Assembly: GCA_951406725.2 (NCBI GenBank)
Contig: OX597840.1
Location: 12,710,001 to 12,774,000, forward strand
Reading direction: 5' to 3'
From: Octopus vulgaris
Lineage: Eukaryota
DNA: 64,000 bases
Shown here piece by piece: positions 12,820 through 24,967 of the stretch. The position numbers and the translations under genes were made by a program. The notes beneath the pieces are model-generated. The model had not been told where the DNA came from and ran no database searches. It was given only the letters and a program-made list of their open reading frames with translations. The stretch's first letter is position 1; the number at the start of each line of letters is the position of its first letter.

Positions 12820-13290
12820 GCTGACGTGGGTGGGTCTTTTCAAGAAGCTCATATCATCAGACATCTCAGTCCATTGTCATTTCCTCCATGAGGTCCAACG
12901 TCCTGAGATCGGTCCTTACCCCCTTCATCCCACGTCTTTCCGGGTCTCCCTCTTCTGCAGATACCATCCACTTTCAGTGATCACCACTTCTTTATGCAGC
13001 TGGCCTCATTCATACACATCACATCTCCAAACCAACGGAGTCTTCTCTCTTGCATGCTACATTTGATTCCTCTTATGCCCAACTTTTCTCTCAATACATT
13101 TGCACTTTGTTGTACATGTGCACTGATGTTGCACATCCAACAGAGCATACTACCTTCATTTCTCTCCAGTCTATGCACATCTTCTGCATTGAGAGCCCAT
13201 GTCTCACTTCCAAGGAGTATAGGCCATTCACACACAAGCATCATACAGTCTACTTTTCACTCTGAGGGAGACTCCTTTTATTGCTGTTAA
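12820..13290 (-). mobile_element. RTE-clade LINE 3' fragment
   Basis: LLGSETWAL...LE..E..ML.W...RRLRWFG.V..M, the typical RTE ORF2 C-terminus. Confidence 0.8.
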
Positions 13291-13549
13291 ATACTCCTAA
13301 TAACTATTTTATGATGGAATGTTCTGAATAGAGTTTCAATTACTCAAGAAATAAGGAAAACACTTTTCATCCTTACTTCAAACTTTAACAGAAAGATATC
13401 AAAGGATTAATCATGGGATATTATAGTATTTAATATGGGATATTGTAGGATTAGTTATCAGAATTCCATAATTCATGTAATTCTTTCAATAATTCTTAAC
13501 ATTTCAACAATTTTATCAACCCAAGTTTCAAGAATTCTTATCATTAACT

Positions 13550-14239
13550 AACTGAGGTATCCAGTAAAAATAACCATTAATTAGATGTCTGTTTATAGCC
13601 ATGAAGCATTTTTCCTCAAATTTCGACATTTTTCAAAAATTTAAAGTGTATATTAATGGGTTGGACCAATTTGACAATTAAATAAGCAGTGTCTGGTAGT
13701 GAACCTGTGTTGTTGTCATTGTTGTGCATGTGCATAAAATGGCCAAATTTTACACTTTGGGGCAGATTTCATCAAATTGATGTTATGACAGCTAGTGTAC
13801 AAAATGCCTAAATTTTTGCTTGAGAAATAAAATGGTCTCACTTAATCAAAACCTGAAACACCTGGGAATTAAAACAATGAATTGAAATAAGTTTTAGCAA
13901 ATCAAAACAATTCGCATTGAAATGAAGAATTAGCAAATGCTAAACAGATTGCTGTTAATAAGATGTCTGTTTATACCCATGAAATATTTTTCGTCAAACT
14001 TCAGCATTTTTCAAAAAATTGATGTAACGATGGCTAATGCAAAAATAGCTGAAATTTTATGACTTTTGAAAAATTGATGCTGATTAAAATTCAATTTTTA
14101 AAAATTCCAAGTGTGTAAGTGACCGCATGAACATAAGCCCTACACTTATGTCAAGTTTCATCAAGATCTGTTGGAGAGTATCAGAGAAGCTAAAGTAACA
14201 AATTCACAAGCACACAAGCTTTCCATTTATTATTATAGA
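13550..14239 (-). mobile_element. Helitron/Helentron-like non-autonomous insertion just upstream of the ActL-1 3' splice site
   Basis: Minus strand begins TCTATAATAATAAATGG plus a TGTG tract, like the other Helitron 5' ends here. It interrupts intron sequence homologous to the ActL-2 intron end. No clear CTAG end was seen. Confidence 0.5.
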
Positions 14240-14275
14240 TTCTTACTGAATTCCAGAATTCTTTTTGTATTTCAG

Positions 14276-15262
14276 AATGAAATGATTGGAGATGAACTCA
14301 AAGACTACAATGTTATAAATAAATTTGGATACAATACAAGTGTTCTTAACTTGAAGCATCCTATTGAACGTGGTGTCATTACCAACTGGGATGATATGGA
14401 GAAGATTTGGTTGCATGCATTCAAAGAGTTGAAAGTTGCACCTGCAGAAAGCTCTGTCTTGTTGACTGAGGCTGTTTTTAACCCCAAGGACAACAGAGAA
14501 AAGATGGCCGAAATTATGTTTGAAAAGTTTAACACTCATGCATTATGTATTGCTGATCAGGCTCCACTGTCGCTTTTTGCTTCTGGTCGTAACACAGGTA
14601 TGTCTGTGAATGTAGGTCATGGCATCACCCAAATTGTCCCTGTCTATAAAGGGTCAGTTATACGAGAAGCTGCTGTCCAGTGGGAGTTTGGTGGTGTGGA
14701 CATGACAGATTACCTTACGAGTATGTTGACTGAACGTGGTTATTCCTTTGACAGTCCTTCTCAAACAGAAACTGTCCGTAACATCAAAGAGATGTGTTGT
14801 TATGTTGCTCTAGACTTTGAACAGGAAATGCAGACTGCAGCCTCTGAGAAATATAAATTACCTGACAAGCAAGACATTACCATTGGCAATGAACGATTCC
14901 AAACCCCAGAACTTCTGTTCCAGCCAGGTTTAATTGATAAGGGCTCTGATGGCATTCATAAACTGATTTATAACTCAATCATAAAATGTGATAGGAATAT
15001 TAGAACACTACTATTTAAGAACATCATATTGTTTGGTGGCTCAACAATGTTCAAAGATGTTGTTTACCGCATGATAATTGAAATGAGATCTATTGTAGCA
15101 CCTACCACGAGTTTTCATATTGTTGCTCAACAATTTCGTGATAATTCTATGTGGAGGGGTGGTGCTCTGTTAACTTCTCTGTCTACCTTCATGGATCAGT
15201 GCATTCGCAGAGAAGAATATTATGAACATGGCTCATATATTCTCCATAGAAAGTATAGGTGA
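14276..15262 (+). CDS. Divergent actin-like protein ActL-1, exon 2 (spliced product 369 aa)
   Basis: Acceptor TTTTTGTATTTCAG|AAT is in frame with exon 1. Actin motifs [74 protein letters not shown] and HRK are present, with no internal stops. Confidence 0.93.
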   Translation, partial: NEMIGDELKDYNVINKFGYNTSVLNLKHPIERGVITNWDDMEKIWLHAFKELKVAPAESSVLLTEAVFNPKDNREKMAEIMFEKFNTHALCIADQAPLSLFASGRNTGMSVNVGHGITQIVPVYKGSVIREAAVQWEFGGVDMTDYLTSMLTERGYSFDSPSQTETVRNIKEMCCYVALDFEQEMQTAASEKYKLPDKQDITIGNERFQTPELLFQPGLIDKGSDGIHKLIYNSIIKCDRNIRTLLFKNIILFGGSTMFKDVVYRMIIEMRSIVAPTTSFHIVAQQFRDNSMWRGGALLTSLSTFMDQCIRREEYYEHGSYILHRKYR

Positions 15263-15499
15263 TATGTATAATATGTGTCATTATCATATATATATATATA
15301 TATATATATATAAATTTTAATTCCAAGAAAGTTAGAGGTTGTGAATCCAACCAACTAAGGGATAATATCTATCCAATATACTTTTGGTAGAATACTCAAT
15401 TATTAATACACAAGTGTTTTTTTTTTATTGCATTGAAATTACATTACCGAGTGTAATAAATAGGTGAAGGCAAAGAGATATTTTACCATTAATTTATAA

Positions 15500-15840
15500 A
15501 GCAATAAGAAAATGGAGGAGATCAATAGGTGGTTCATCAACTTTTAGACATTATATTATGTCGATTTATTTATTTATTTACCATAGGACAATTATAACAA
15601 TATACATATATGTATAACATATTATGCTTTACATATATAATATATAAAGATTTCCTGTATGTTATATATTTTAATAATTACTGGTATCTTTATATATTTT
15701 ATATGTAAAACATAATATGTTATACATGTATGTATATTCTTGTAATTGTCATTTTAGTAAATAAATAAATAAATCAACATAATATAATGTCTAAAAGTTG
15801 ATGACTACCACTTAATGATCCCTTCCATTTTCTAATTGCT
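15500..15840. repeat. Imperfect inverted repeat (~150-bp arms) in the ActL-1 3' flank
   Basis: 15500-15651 is the reverse complement of 15686-15840 (e.g. TCATCAACTTTTAGACATTATATTATG / CATAATATAATGTCTAAAAGTTGATGA). The adjacent 15330-15400 is related to the PLE end at 56455-56525. Confidence 0.75.
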
Positions 15841-16388
15841 CTCTCTCTCTCTCTCTCTCATTATATATATATATTTATATATTAGGAAGTGTCACAGGCC
15901 AGTGTTAGTTATTCACTACTTAGCTTTCAGACCCTCAGTGACAATCACTGTCGGATATTAAGGAATGTCTGCTAACCCTTTCTATACAAACCCACCTGAG
16001 ACAACCCCCTGCTTCTCTGTTAAAATCTTTCTATTTTAAAGTGAGTTCCATTAAAAACTTCTATGTTAATTTATTTTCAAAACACCAGCATCATAACGAC
16101 AAAGTTATTTTATTAAAATCTTATTTTGAAAATAATTAATTTCAAGAAAACTATTTTGCTTTATCAGAAATTTGGTAACAAAAGTGATAATACAAATAAG
16201 GAATTATTTTACGAAATTCTTCCTTATTTTTGTATGTTAATAAATGGTGGAAGATAGTATTCGCATATTCTGTCTGCAATATTCCAATCTGGAACGTATT
16301 TTCACTATTATAAGTTTTTTTTATTAATGGTGGTGCCATGTAACCATAAAATTTGGCTAAAAATTGCTTTTTGTGGGATCTGAACTTT

Positions 16389-16394
16389 AATAAA
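16389..16394 (+). terminator. Candidate poly(A) signal AATAAA of ActL-1
   Basis: Lies in a 3' block conserved with ActL-2 (TTTATT at 24502-24507) and ActL-4, and is followed by a GT/T-rich tract. Confidence 0.4.
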
Positions 16395-16481
16395 GAATTA
16401 AAAAAAAAAATACTGGTCTGTTGTCTTTAATGAACTTTGGACAAGGTTTTCATAACAGGCTGGCTGTAATGTCTGAAGGGT

Positions 16482-16905
16482 GAGAGAGAGAACGAGTGAG
16501 TGAGTGAGTGAGCGAGTGGGTGGGTGAATGAGTGAGTGAGTGAGTGAGTGAGAGAGTGAGTGAGTGAGAAAGTGAGTGAGTGGATGGGTGAGTGAGTGAG
16601 TGATTGAGAGAGTGAGTGAGAGAGTGAGTGAGTGAGAGAGTGAGTGAATGAGTGAGTGAGTAAGTGAGTGAGTGAGTGAGAGAATGAATGAGTGAGTGAG
16701 TGAGTGAGAGAGTGAGTGAGTGAGTGAGTGAGTGAGAGAGTGAGTGAGTGAGTGGGTGAGTGAGTGAGTGAGTGAGAGAGTGAGCGAGTGAGTGAGTGAG
16801 AGAGTGAGTGAGTGAGTGAGTGGGTGGGTGGGTGAGTGAGTGAGTGAGTGAGTGGGAGAGTGAGTGAGTGAGTGAGCAAGTAGGTGGGTGAGTGAGTGAG
16901 TGAGC
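16482..16905 (+). repeat. (GAGT)n degenerate tetranucleotide array
   Basis: Direct reading. Confidence 0.95.
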
Positions 16906-17432
16906 CTGATTCTGTATGTACGTGGGTGTGAGCGAGCAACAATTATCTGCACATGTGTTTGCATATGAGTGATTGAATGAGTGTGTGTTTGTGTGTGTGT
17001 GAGAAAGTGAGTGAGGGAAAGAGTATGTGTAAGTAAGGGTGGGAGTGTATGTATGTTTGTGCTGTGTACACACCTGTATGTCCTGGTATACAGGTGATGC
17101 AGCCCTTAAAACTGCTGGCTACTTGAGCTTTCACGTAAGAGGCAGAGAGCTGCTGCATCAAGAATTTCTTTATCCTAGGAGTGAGCATAACATCTATGGT
17201 TAGGTTGGTCTCAATGGTAACCTTCTGACTGAAGGACTCAAGTGGGTGAAGAAATTTCTCCCTAGGTCAGTCCAGGGTGTGCTTGTCCACACCTCTAGAG
17301 ATGGCTAAAGCATCTTCTTCCCCATATAGACCAAAGTAGGCTGATGGGAACTGCTCAGTTATGGTTTCAAGTATATATAACCCTATGAGGTCATAAATTT
17401 GTATGTTGTTGAATGCTCTCATGATGATGAGA

Positions 17433-18248
17433 ACTCTCACTCACTCACTCACTCACTCACTCACCCACTCACTCACCCACTCACCCACTCACTCACTCAC
17501 TCACTCACTCAATCACTCACTCTCCCACTCACTCACTCACTCACTCACTTACTCACTCACTCACTCACTCACTCTTTCACTCACTCACTCACTTACTCAC
17601 TCACTCACTCACTCACTCACTCACTCACTCTCTCACTCACTCACTCACTCACTCACTCTCATTCACTCACTCTCTCACTCACTCACTCACTCTCTCACTC
17701 ACTCACTCAGTCGCTCACTCACTCAGTCTCTCACTCACTCTCTCACTCACTCACTCACTCACTCACTCACTCACTCTCTTACTCACTCGCTCACTCACTC
17801 ACTCACTCTCTCAATCACTCACTTACTCACTCACTCACTCACCCACTCTCTCACTCACTCACTCACTCACTCTCTCACTAACTCACTCACTCACTCACTC
17901 ACCCACTCTCTCACTCACTCACTCTCTCATTCACTCACTCACTCACTCTCTCCCTAGCTCACTCACTCACTCACTCTCTCACTCATTCACTCACTCAATC
18001 ACTCACTCATTCACTCACTCACTCACTCACTCACTCAGTCTCTCACTCACTCACTCACTCACTCACTCTCTCAATCACTCACTTACTTACTCACTCACTC
18101 ACTTACTCACTCACTCACTCACTCACTCACTCACTCACTCACTCACTCTCTCAATCACTCACTTACTTACTCACTCACTCACTTACTCACTCACTCACTC
18201 ACTCACTCACTCACTCACTCTCTCAATCACTCACTCACTCACTCACTC
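17433..18248 (+). repeat. (ACTC)n degenerate tetranucleotide array, inverted relative to 16482-16905
   Basis: Direct reading. Confidence 0.95.
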
Positions 18249-18337
18249 AAAGGAACCTTCTGGGTCAGTTTGTTCAACCCATATATGCATATATATATAT
18301 ATATACATATGTATATATATATACATATGTACATATG

Positions 18338-18382
<45 letters not shown>

Positions 18383-18394
18383 GCATATATATAT

Positions 18395-18565
18395 ATACGA
18401 CGGGCTTCTTTTCAGTTTCCGTCTACCAAACCTCTCACAAGGCTTTGGTCGACCCGAGGCTATAGTTTGAAGACACTTGCCCAAGGCGCCACATAGTGGG
18501 ACTGAACCCGGAACCATGTGGTTGGTAAACAAGCTACTTACCACACAGCCACTCCTATGCCTATG
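18395..18565 (-). mobile_element. CORE-type SINE, 5' half
   Basis: Reverse complement of the SINE head. Confidence 0.8.
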
Positions 18566-18729
18566 ATGACAAAATACTCAGTTTATGGAATCCTTACTCA
18601 ATATCATGACCCACATACTTGACTATTCTAGAGACAGCTGTAAGAAACTCTCTCTGTTTATACTTTCCATCTAAATTAAAATCTTTCTGTAGAGGGAGCC
18701 AGCATGCTTTGCATTTCCCTCCTCCTCAT

Positions 18730-19760
18730 CATCATTATCATCGTTTAACATCCGCTTTCCATGCTAGCATGGGTTGGACGATTGACTGAGGGTTGGTGAA
18801 CCAGATGGCTGCACCAGGCTCCAAACTTGATCTGGCAGAGTTTCTACAGCTGGATGCCCTTCCTAATGCCAACCACTCTGAGAGTGTAGTGGGTGCTTTT
18901 ACATGCCACAGACACGGTAGCCAGTTAGCTGCTCTGGCAATGACCATGCTCGGATGGTGCTCTTAGCACCCTACTAGTACGGGCCACAAGTGCCAGTAAG
19001 TCCACGCTGGTAACGATCACACTCGAATGGTGCCTTTTATGTTCCACTGGCACGGAAGCCAGTTAGCCAGTCCATCAACGATTACACTCGTATGGTACTC
19101 TTTGCACCCGGCTAGCACGGATGCCAGTCATTGAATTTGATTTCGATTTCATTTTTCCTTTTAATCTATATCTACCTGCTCAAGGAGAAACCACTTCTAG
19201 CTGCCTTCATTAGGCAGTGTCAACACAACATTCTTTAGTTTGCAATTGAAGCCAGAATTTTGGTGGTAAACCAAACTGAGCACTCATAGTACATGTCTTT
19301 GACATTATGTCAGTTGGCAAAAAACCTTTGTATTTGCTATATTTATCTCTCAGAGTGAAAGACAGCTTGTATGATGCCTGTGTGAGAAAAGCTAAGCTAC
19401 ATAGCAGTGAAACAGGCACTGTGGCAGCTGTTGACATACATAGGCTTGAAAGAAATGAAATCAGTAGGTTTCACTGGATGTGCATATTTGACAGAGTGTA
19501 AGCATCTTGAGAGAAAAGATAAAGGGCATAAGAGCCATCAGATGCGGCATGCAAGCGAGAGGACTGTCCTGGTATGGTCAAGTGATGCGTATGGACGAGG
19601 ACAGCTGTGTAAAGAAGTGTTGATCCCTAACTGTGGAGGAAACCTGTGGTAGAGGTAGACCCAGGAAGACATGATCTCTGAAGTTTGGGCCTCACAGAGC
19701 AATGACTACTGACAAAGACCATTGGCAATATACTGAGCTTCAGAAGTCCTGTCAAGCCAA
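18730..19760. mobile_element. RTE-related relics: minus-strand element 18730-19140 and plus-strand RTE ORF2 3' fragment 19200-19760
   Basis: LSLRVKDSLYDACVR...LHSSET...HRLERNE...W matches the fragment at 12820-13290. The 18730-19140 piece ends in an (ATG)n-like tail and has a relative near 47140. Confidence 0.65.
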
Positions 19761-19864
19761 GCAAAATTGTAGTTGTGGCTGATGTTGGAGATTAACCATT
19801 TGAATATCTTGGATTATACAATCCCTAATGAGGATATAACTTCCTTGAATTGACTATATATATA

Positions 19865-19948
<84 letters not shown>

Positions 19949-19953
<5 letters not shown>

Positions 19954-20144
19954 ATATTTCGGAATGGTCATTTTGCCAGTTTAGCCAATAAAAACACACG
20001 CACTATATATTTGGTGTTACTTTGCTTCAGTGTTATTTATTTTTTACATTAATCTTAATCTTATTTCGGCCAGTAACACCAAATATATAGTGCGTGTGTT
20101 TTTATTGGCTAAACTGGCAAAATGACCATTCCGAAATATAACAA
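19949..20144. mobile_element. MITE-like fold-back element with ~72-bp inverted arms, inserted in (TA)n
   Basis: TTGTTATATTTCGGAATGGTC...GGTGTTACT / AGTAACACC...CCGAAATATAACAA; a partial copy lies at about 46480-46602. Confidence 0.7.
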
Positions 20145-20200
20145 TATCTGTTTCAACACACGACTTCACATAAAAGATCTTGCACAACAAATATTTAAAC

Positions 20201-20309
<109 letters not shown>

Positions 20310-20868
20310 AAAAGGGACAACAAAACATCCAGATAGCCGATACAAAGAAAACAAGCACCACATTATCATCGCAATTTCAGACCGCCGTCCATGCAACATC
20401 GATATTCTTCTCTGTGTTTGTGAAATTCTTGTATCTCTGCCGTAAGGCTTCATTTCCACATGTGCCAGCTTAATTCATTTCATCCTTAGTCGAAAGACAC
20501 CTGTTGTTATGTCCTGTTATTATTTTTATTGTATTTATTATTGTATTTATATTTGTGTAACTTTGTCCGTTTCTCCCTCCTTGTTTTTGTATATATTCGC
20601 TGCTTTCTTCCAAGGAATCTAATGCTCTTAGCTTAGTTTTCCCTTGCGGCTGGCCAGATTGGAGCAATCTCAAGAATAATCAGTCGAAATTGGGATGATA
20701 ATTAGATGCTTGACTTTGGATAGAGGGCTTCGAATGACCAGTCCTTGTTTTCTTTGTATCGTCTCTCTGGATGTTTTGTTGTCCCTTTTTGTGTCACCTA
20801 GCTGTCCGGATGTTTTGTGTTCTTACCCATTTTGTATTTTATATATATATACATACATATATATGTAT

Positions 20869-20925
<57 letters not shown>

Positions 20926-20927
<2 letters not shown>

Positions 20928-21507
20928 AATTAGTAAATAAATGGCACAACTAAGTACCGATATTTACTGGAAAAACGAACGTAAAAATACGACGCTAATG
21001 TGTAGCTTCACCGCGTATGTATTAGCAAAAATGCGTGTGTGCAACAAACTAGAGCAAAAAAACGTCTTACCTCCAGAGAGGACATCTGAAAGAGGAAACA
21101 CCCGGAAAAGGACAATGTGGGACCTGCAGGTTTCAGGTTTTACAAGATATGTCTCTCACCCATATTTTGTTTTACCTTCATCAGCCAAGCATATACGAAG
21201 ACGAAATCTACGATGTTACCACATTAATACTATCACACTCGACTGAAATGCGGAACGCTAACAGTACGAGAAACGGTGAAGAAGTTTCAAAATATCAGTA
21301 ATGCAATACAAAGTATCGCCTTCCAGTAAAAAGTAGCCTGTGAGGGAAAAAATACACAAATTAGTAAATAAATGACACAACTAAGTACCGGTATTTACTG
21401 GAAATAGCGAACGTAAAAATACGACGCTAATGTGTAGCTTCACCGCGTATGTATTAGCAAAAATGCGTGTGTGCAACAAACTAGAGCAAAAAAACGTCTT
21501 ACCTCCA
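20926..21507 (-). mobile_element. Candidate non-LTR retrozyme or PLE pLTR partial tandem: ~431-nt unit plus ~150-nt terminal redundancy
   Basis: Direct repeats 20926-21075 and 21357-21507 flank a complete hammerhead. It is inserted in (TA)n and is absent at the equivalent site of copy B (~57825). Confidence 0.65.
21115..21192 (-). ncRNA. Type I hammerhead ribozyme with canonical core
   Basis: Minus strand ATGCTTGG-CTGATGA-AGGT..ACAA.ATATG/CATAT.TTGT..ACCT-GAAA-CC TGCA GG-TC-CCACAT: all core nucleotides are present, with a GUC cleavage triplet and a palindromic stem III. Confidence 0.8.
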
Positions 21508-22175
21508 TATAAATATGTGTATTTTTCAATCTATGTGTACAAATAACACAGAAAAAATAAATAAATATTTACCAGAGTAGCAAAAATTCACATAAGTAGC
21601 AAGATGTTACAGCCTACTTATAAAGGTAGGAGCTCCAGGGTTTAGTGAAATGTTTTTGAATAACAAAGCTAATTTAAGAAATGGAGTTAAATGCAAGCAA
21701 CTGTCCAACTGTTGGATGGTATGATGTATTTTCACATGGTGGTGCTGTATGTTATGATACATGACCCGAATTTTCGTCTCCAATGCCACTTTGTCCAATG
21801 TCACTTCATCCACTTATTTTGGTCCAATATCTTTTTGTTCAATGATTTTTTTGTCCAACGACATTTTGTCCAATTTTAAATAAAATCTTTAGAAAACAAA
21901 GTGAACAACAAAATCAAATAATCATTGAAAATTTTATTTATAGGATTTGTATTTGGACAAAAACATCATCAGACAAAAAGACATCAGACGAAAAGATATG
22001 GACGAAAAGACGCTGGACAAAGTGATGTCGGACAAAAAGATATAGCACCATTATGATATTGATCCCAGACACCATGATGTTTACACGGGAGACACTGGCC
22101 CCTCTCTGATTGATTGTTAATTTTCAGGCTGAGCAGTGGATCAATATATGTCTACAGTTATACATATATAACTGT

Positions 22176-22587
22176 AGGCGCAGGAGTGGCTGTGTGGTAA
22201 GTAGCTTGCTAACCAACCACATGGTTTCGGGTTCAGTCCCACTGCGTGGCATCTTGGGCAAGTGTCTTCTGCTATAGCCCCAGGCCGACCAATGCCTTGT
22301 GAGTGGATTTGGTAGAAGGAAACTGAAAGAAGCCTGTTGTATATATGTATATATATGTATATGTATGTGTGAGTGTTTGTGTGTCTGTGTTTGTCCCCCT
22401 AGCATTGGTTGACAACTGATGCTGGTGTGTTTACATCCCCGTCACTTAGCAGTTCGGCAAAAGAGACCAATAGAATAAGTACTGGGCTTACAAAGAATAA
22501 GTCCTGGAGTCGATTTGCTCGACTAAAGGTGGTGCTCCAGCATGGCCACAGTCAAATGACTGAAATAAGTAAAAGAGTAAAAGAGTA
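22176..22587 (+). mobile_element. CORE-type SINE, full length (paralogous copy at 58491-58901)
   Basis: Matches the SINE at 478-886. Confidence 0.85.
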
Positions 22588-23673
22588 TATATAAATGAAA
22601 TAATTGAGATTCAGTTGAATTGGGTACTTAAGTTGAATTCCTAAGTCAGACCAGCATTATCCACACAGCCAAAAGTAAGGTGAATAAAATAAAAATAAAC
22701 AACAGGATTCTATGGAATCTTACTTTTTAATGTTTATAATTGACATATACCCACCTTTTACCTATTTAGGTTATGATATCAATTTTGAAATTTTATTTTT
22801 ATACAACATGACAATATTGCTTATGAACAATCAACCATAGTGCCCCTAAATAAAATTTCCTCTGTATTTACATCTTAGGTTTCTTAGCATCTTGCCCCTT
22901 TAACTGGTAATTAACATCATGATTTAAAGTCTGCCCCTACCTGCCTCGTTTTATAGACAGTTCCTTATATCCAATTAACTACTCCTAATGTCTTATTTCT
23001 TCCCAGGGGGGAAAGGGTTACATATGATAATATTTATGACTACACCTAGCCATAAGCTGTCAATTCACTCTTGTCCTTTATTCAAAATAGACACATTCTT
23101 CAAGTCTTAGATTTAGTAGTTGATAAAGAGATAAATGAATTAGAAATGAATTACAACACTATGACCTCATTATGCTCCGTGCAATTCCTAGAAGTTGTAA
23201 TCTATTCTTAGCTACAATAGAGACAACATGAATTTCTTCCATCTTCTTACTCTGTTAAAATATTTAAGAAAAATTATATTAATGTGCCCTACATGTTAAA
23301 ATTCCATTCATTTATTTGTACAGCCGAAGATGGCATTACATTAAAATTGATGTACTGATTGCATTGTTAAATTAAATGGAGCTGCTTGAAACAGTCGTAC
23401 TGCATCACTTGATATCCTGTTGCATATTTTGATTATATGTGTGTGTGTGTGTGTATTTTTTATCTTTTACTTGCTTCAGACATTAGACTGTGGCCATACT
23501 GGGGCAGGGCCTTGAAGGGTTGTAGTCAAACAAATCGACCCCAGTACTTAGTTTTTCCCAAGCCTGGTACTTATTCTGTCAAACTCTATTGTTGAACTAC
23601 TAAGTTATGGAAATATAAACACACCAACATCAGTTTTCAAGCAGTGGCAGGAACCAAAGACAGGTATAATGAT

Positions 23674-23717
<44 letters not shown>

Positions 23718-23924
23718 CTGACCTTGATGTTAGCAAAGCCATGGAATGCATTGTCAGAAGGAAGATGATCACATTCTTTGAAGAAAATATCTTGCTCACT
23801 AACATGTAGCATGGTTACACTTTAATATGGAGCTCCCTTACATAATTAATCGCATATTAAAAATGAATAATTAATCAACAGCTCAACTGTTCAAATATCG
23901 ATGTGATGTATCTCAAATGTCAAT

Positions 23925-24350
23925 CATGGAATGATATGGTCACAAATTGTATGACCCTTGTATCACAGGGAAACTAGGGACATGGCTGCATTACAGAAAG
24001 TCATTGCAAAGGGATCCCTAGCCAGGGAACTGTATGAGGATCACTGCTGTTCAAAGAGGCTCTCCCACCCGTGCTCTCAGTCAGACAGTCTCACCAGCTC
24101 TGCTGATGATATCTGAGTATTACAAAGTCTCAAGGACTACAGAATGATAGGAACGTAATATACAAATGGTCTGAAGAAAGCAACATAAAGTCTAATGCTG
24201 ATAAATTGCAAGCATTTTGATATCACCCTACAGATTCCACTTGGAATGCACAGGAGCAGGGAGTATTGCAATCCCAAACTTAGAGTCAGTGCTTGACTTG
24301 GGAATCCACTTGAGTGGCAATGTGTCTTTCTGTGGGAATATTACTAAGGC
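23925..24350 (+). mobile_element. Degenerate CR1/L2-like LINE reverse transcriptase relic (copy at 60030-60455)
   Basis: Broken frames reading ..QGTV..SLLF, ADD, W......N.DK and DLGI. Confidence 0.5.
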
Positions 24351-24967
24351 ACATATACTTACACACATATACAGAAGTTACCATACACAGACACACACAC
24401 ACACTCACTTGCTCTCCCTTCAGACATTGCAGTTGGGCTGTTATGATGAAACATTCTCTAAAGTGCATCAAAAACAACAGAACACTATTTTTATTAAATT
24501 CTTTATTAAAGTTCAGATCACACAAAAATCAACATTTTACTCAAATTTTATGGTTACATGGCAGTTTAGGACAACATTATCTTACCATTAATAACAAACT
24601 TATAATACTGAAAATAGGTTCCAGAGAGGAATATTGCTAACAAAATATGTTAGTACTAATTAAATCCATTTGTTACCAGATTTCTTTTAAGATACAAAAA
24701 TTATGAAGAATTTAGTCAAAATAACTTTGTCGTTATGAAACTGGCATTTCAAACATACATTAACGCAAATATTTCATGGAAGATTTTAATTGAAATCACT
24801 TTAAAACAGGCAGCTTTTATCATAGAATCAGGGGTTACTCTCAGGTGGTTAGTATTAAAAGGGTTAGTAGGATTTCATTAATATCTCTTATTAATTGTCA
24901 TTGAAGGGCTGAAAGTTAAACATTCAGCTTCCAGCTCTGGCCTATCACATTGTGCCATATATACATA

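Noticed and set aside
14171-14275. ORF-track N-termini of the actin-like ORFs (also 25979-25999, 62052-62072 and 10436-10582)
   Set aside because: They start at non-ATG codons in intron or leader sequence; the real structure is two exons with canonical GT-AG sites
16398-17957. Long THSL-repeat ORFs
   Set aside because: Artefacts of the (ACTC)n/(GAGT)n arrays; open in several frames
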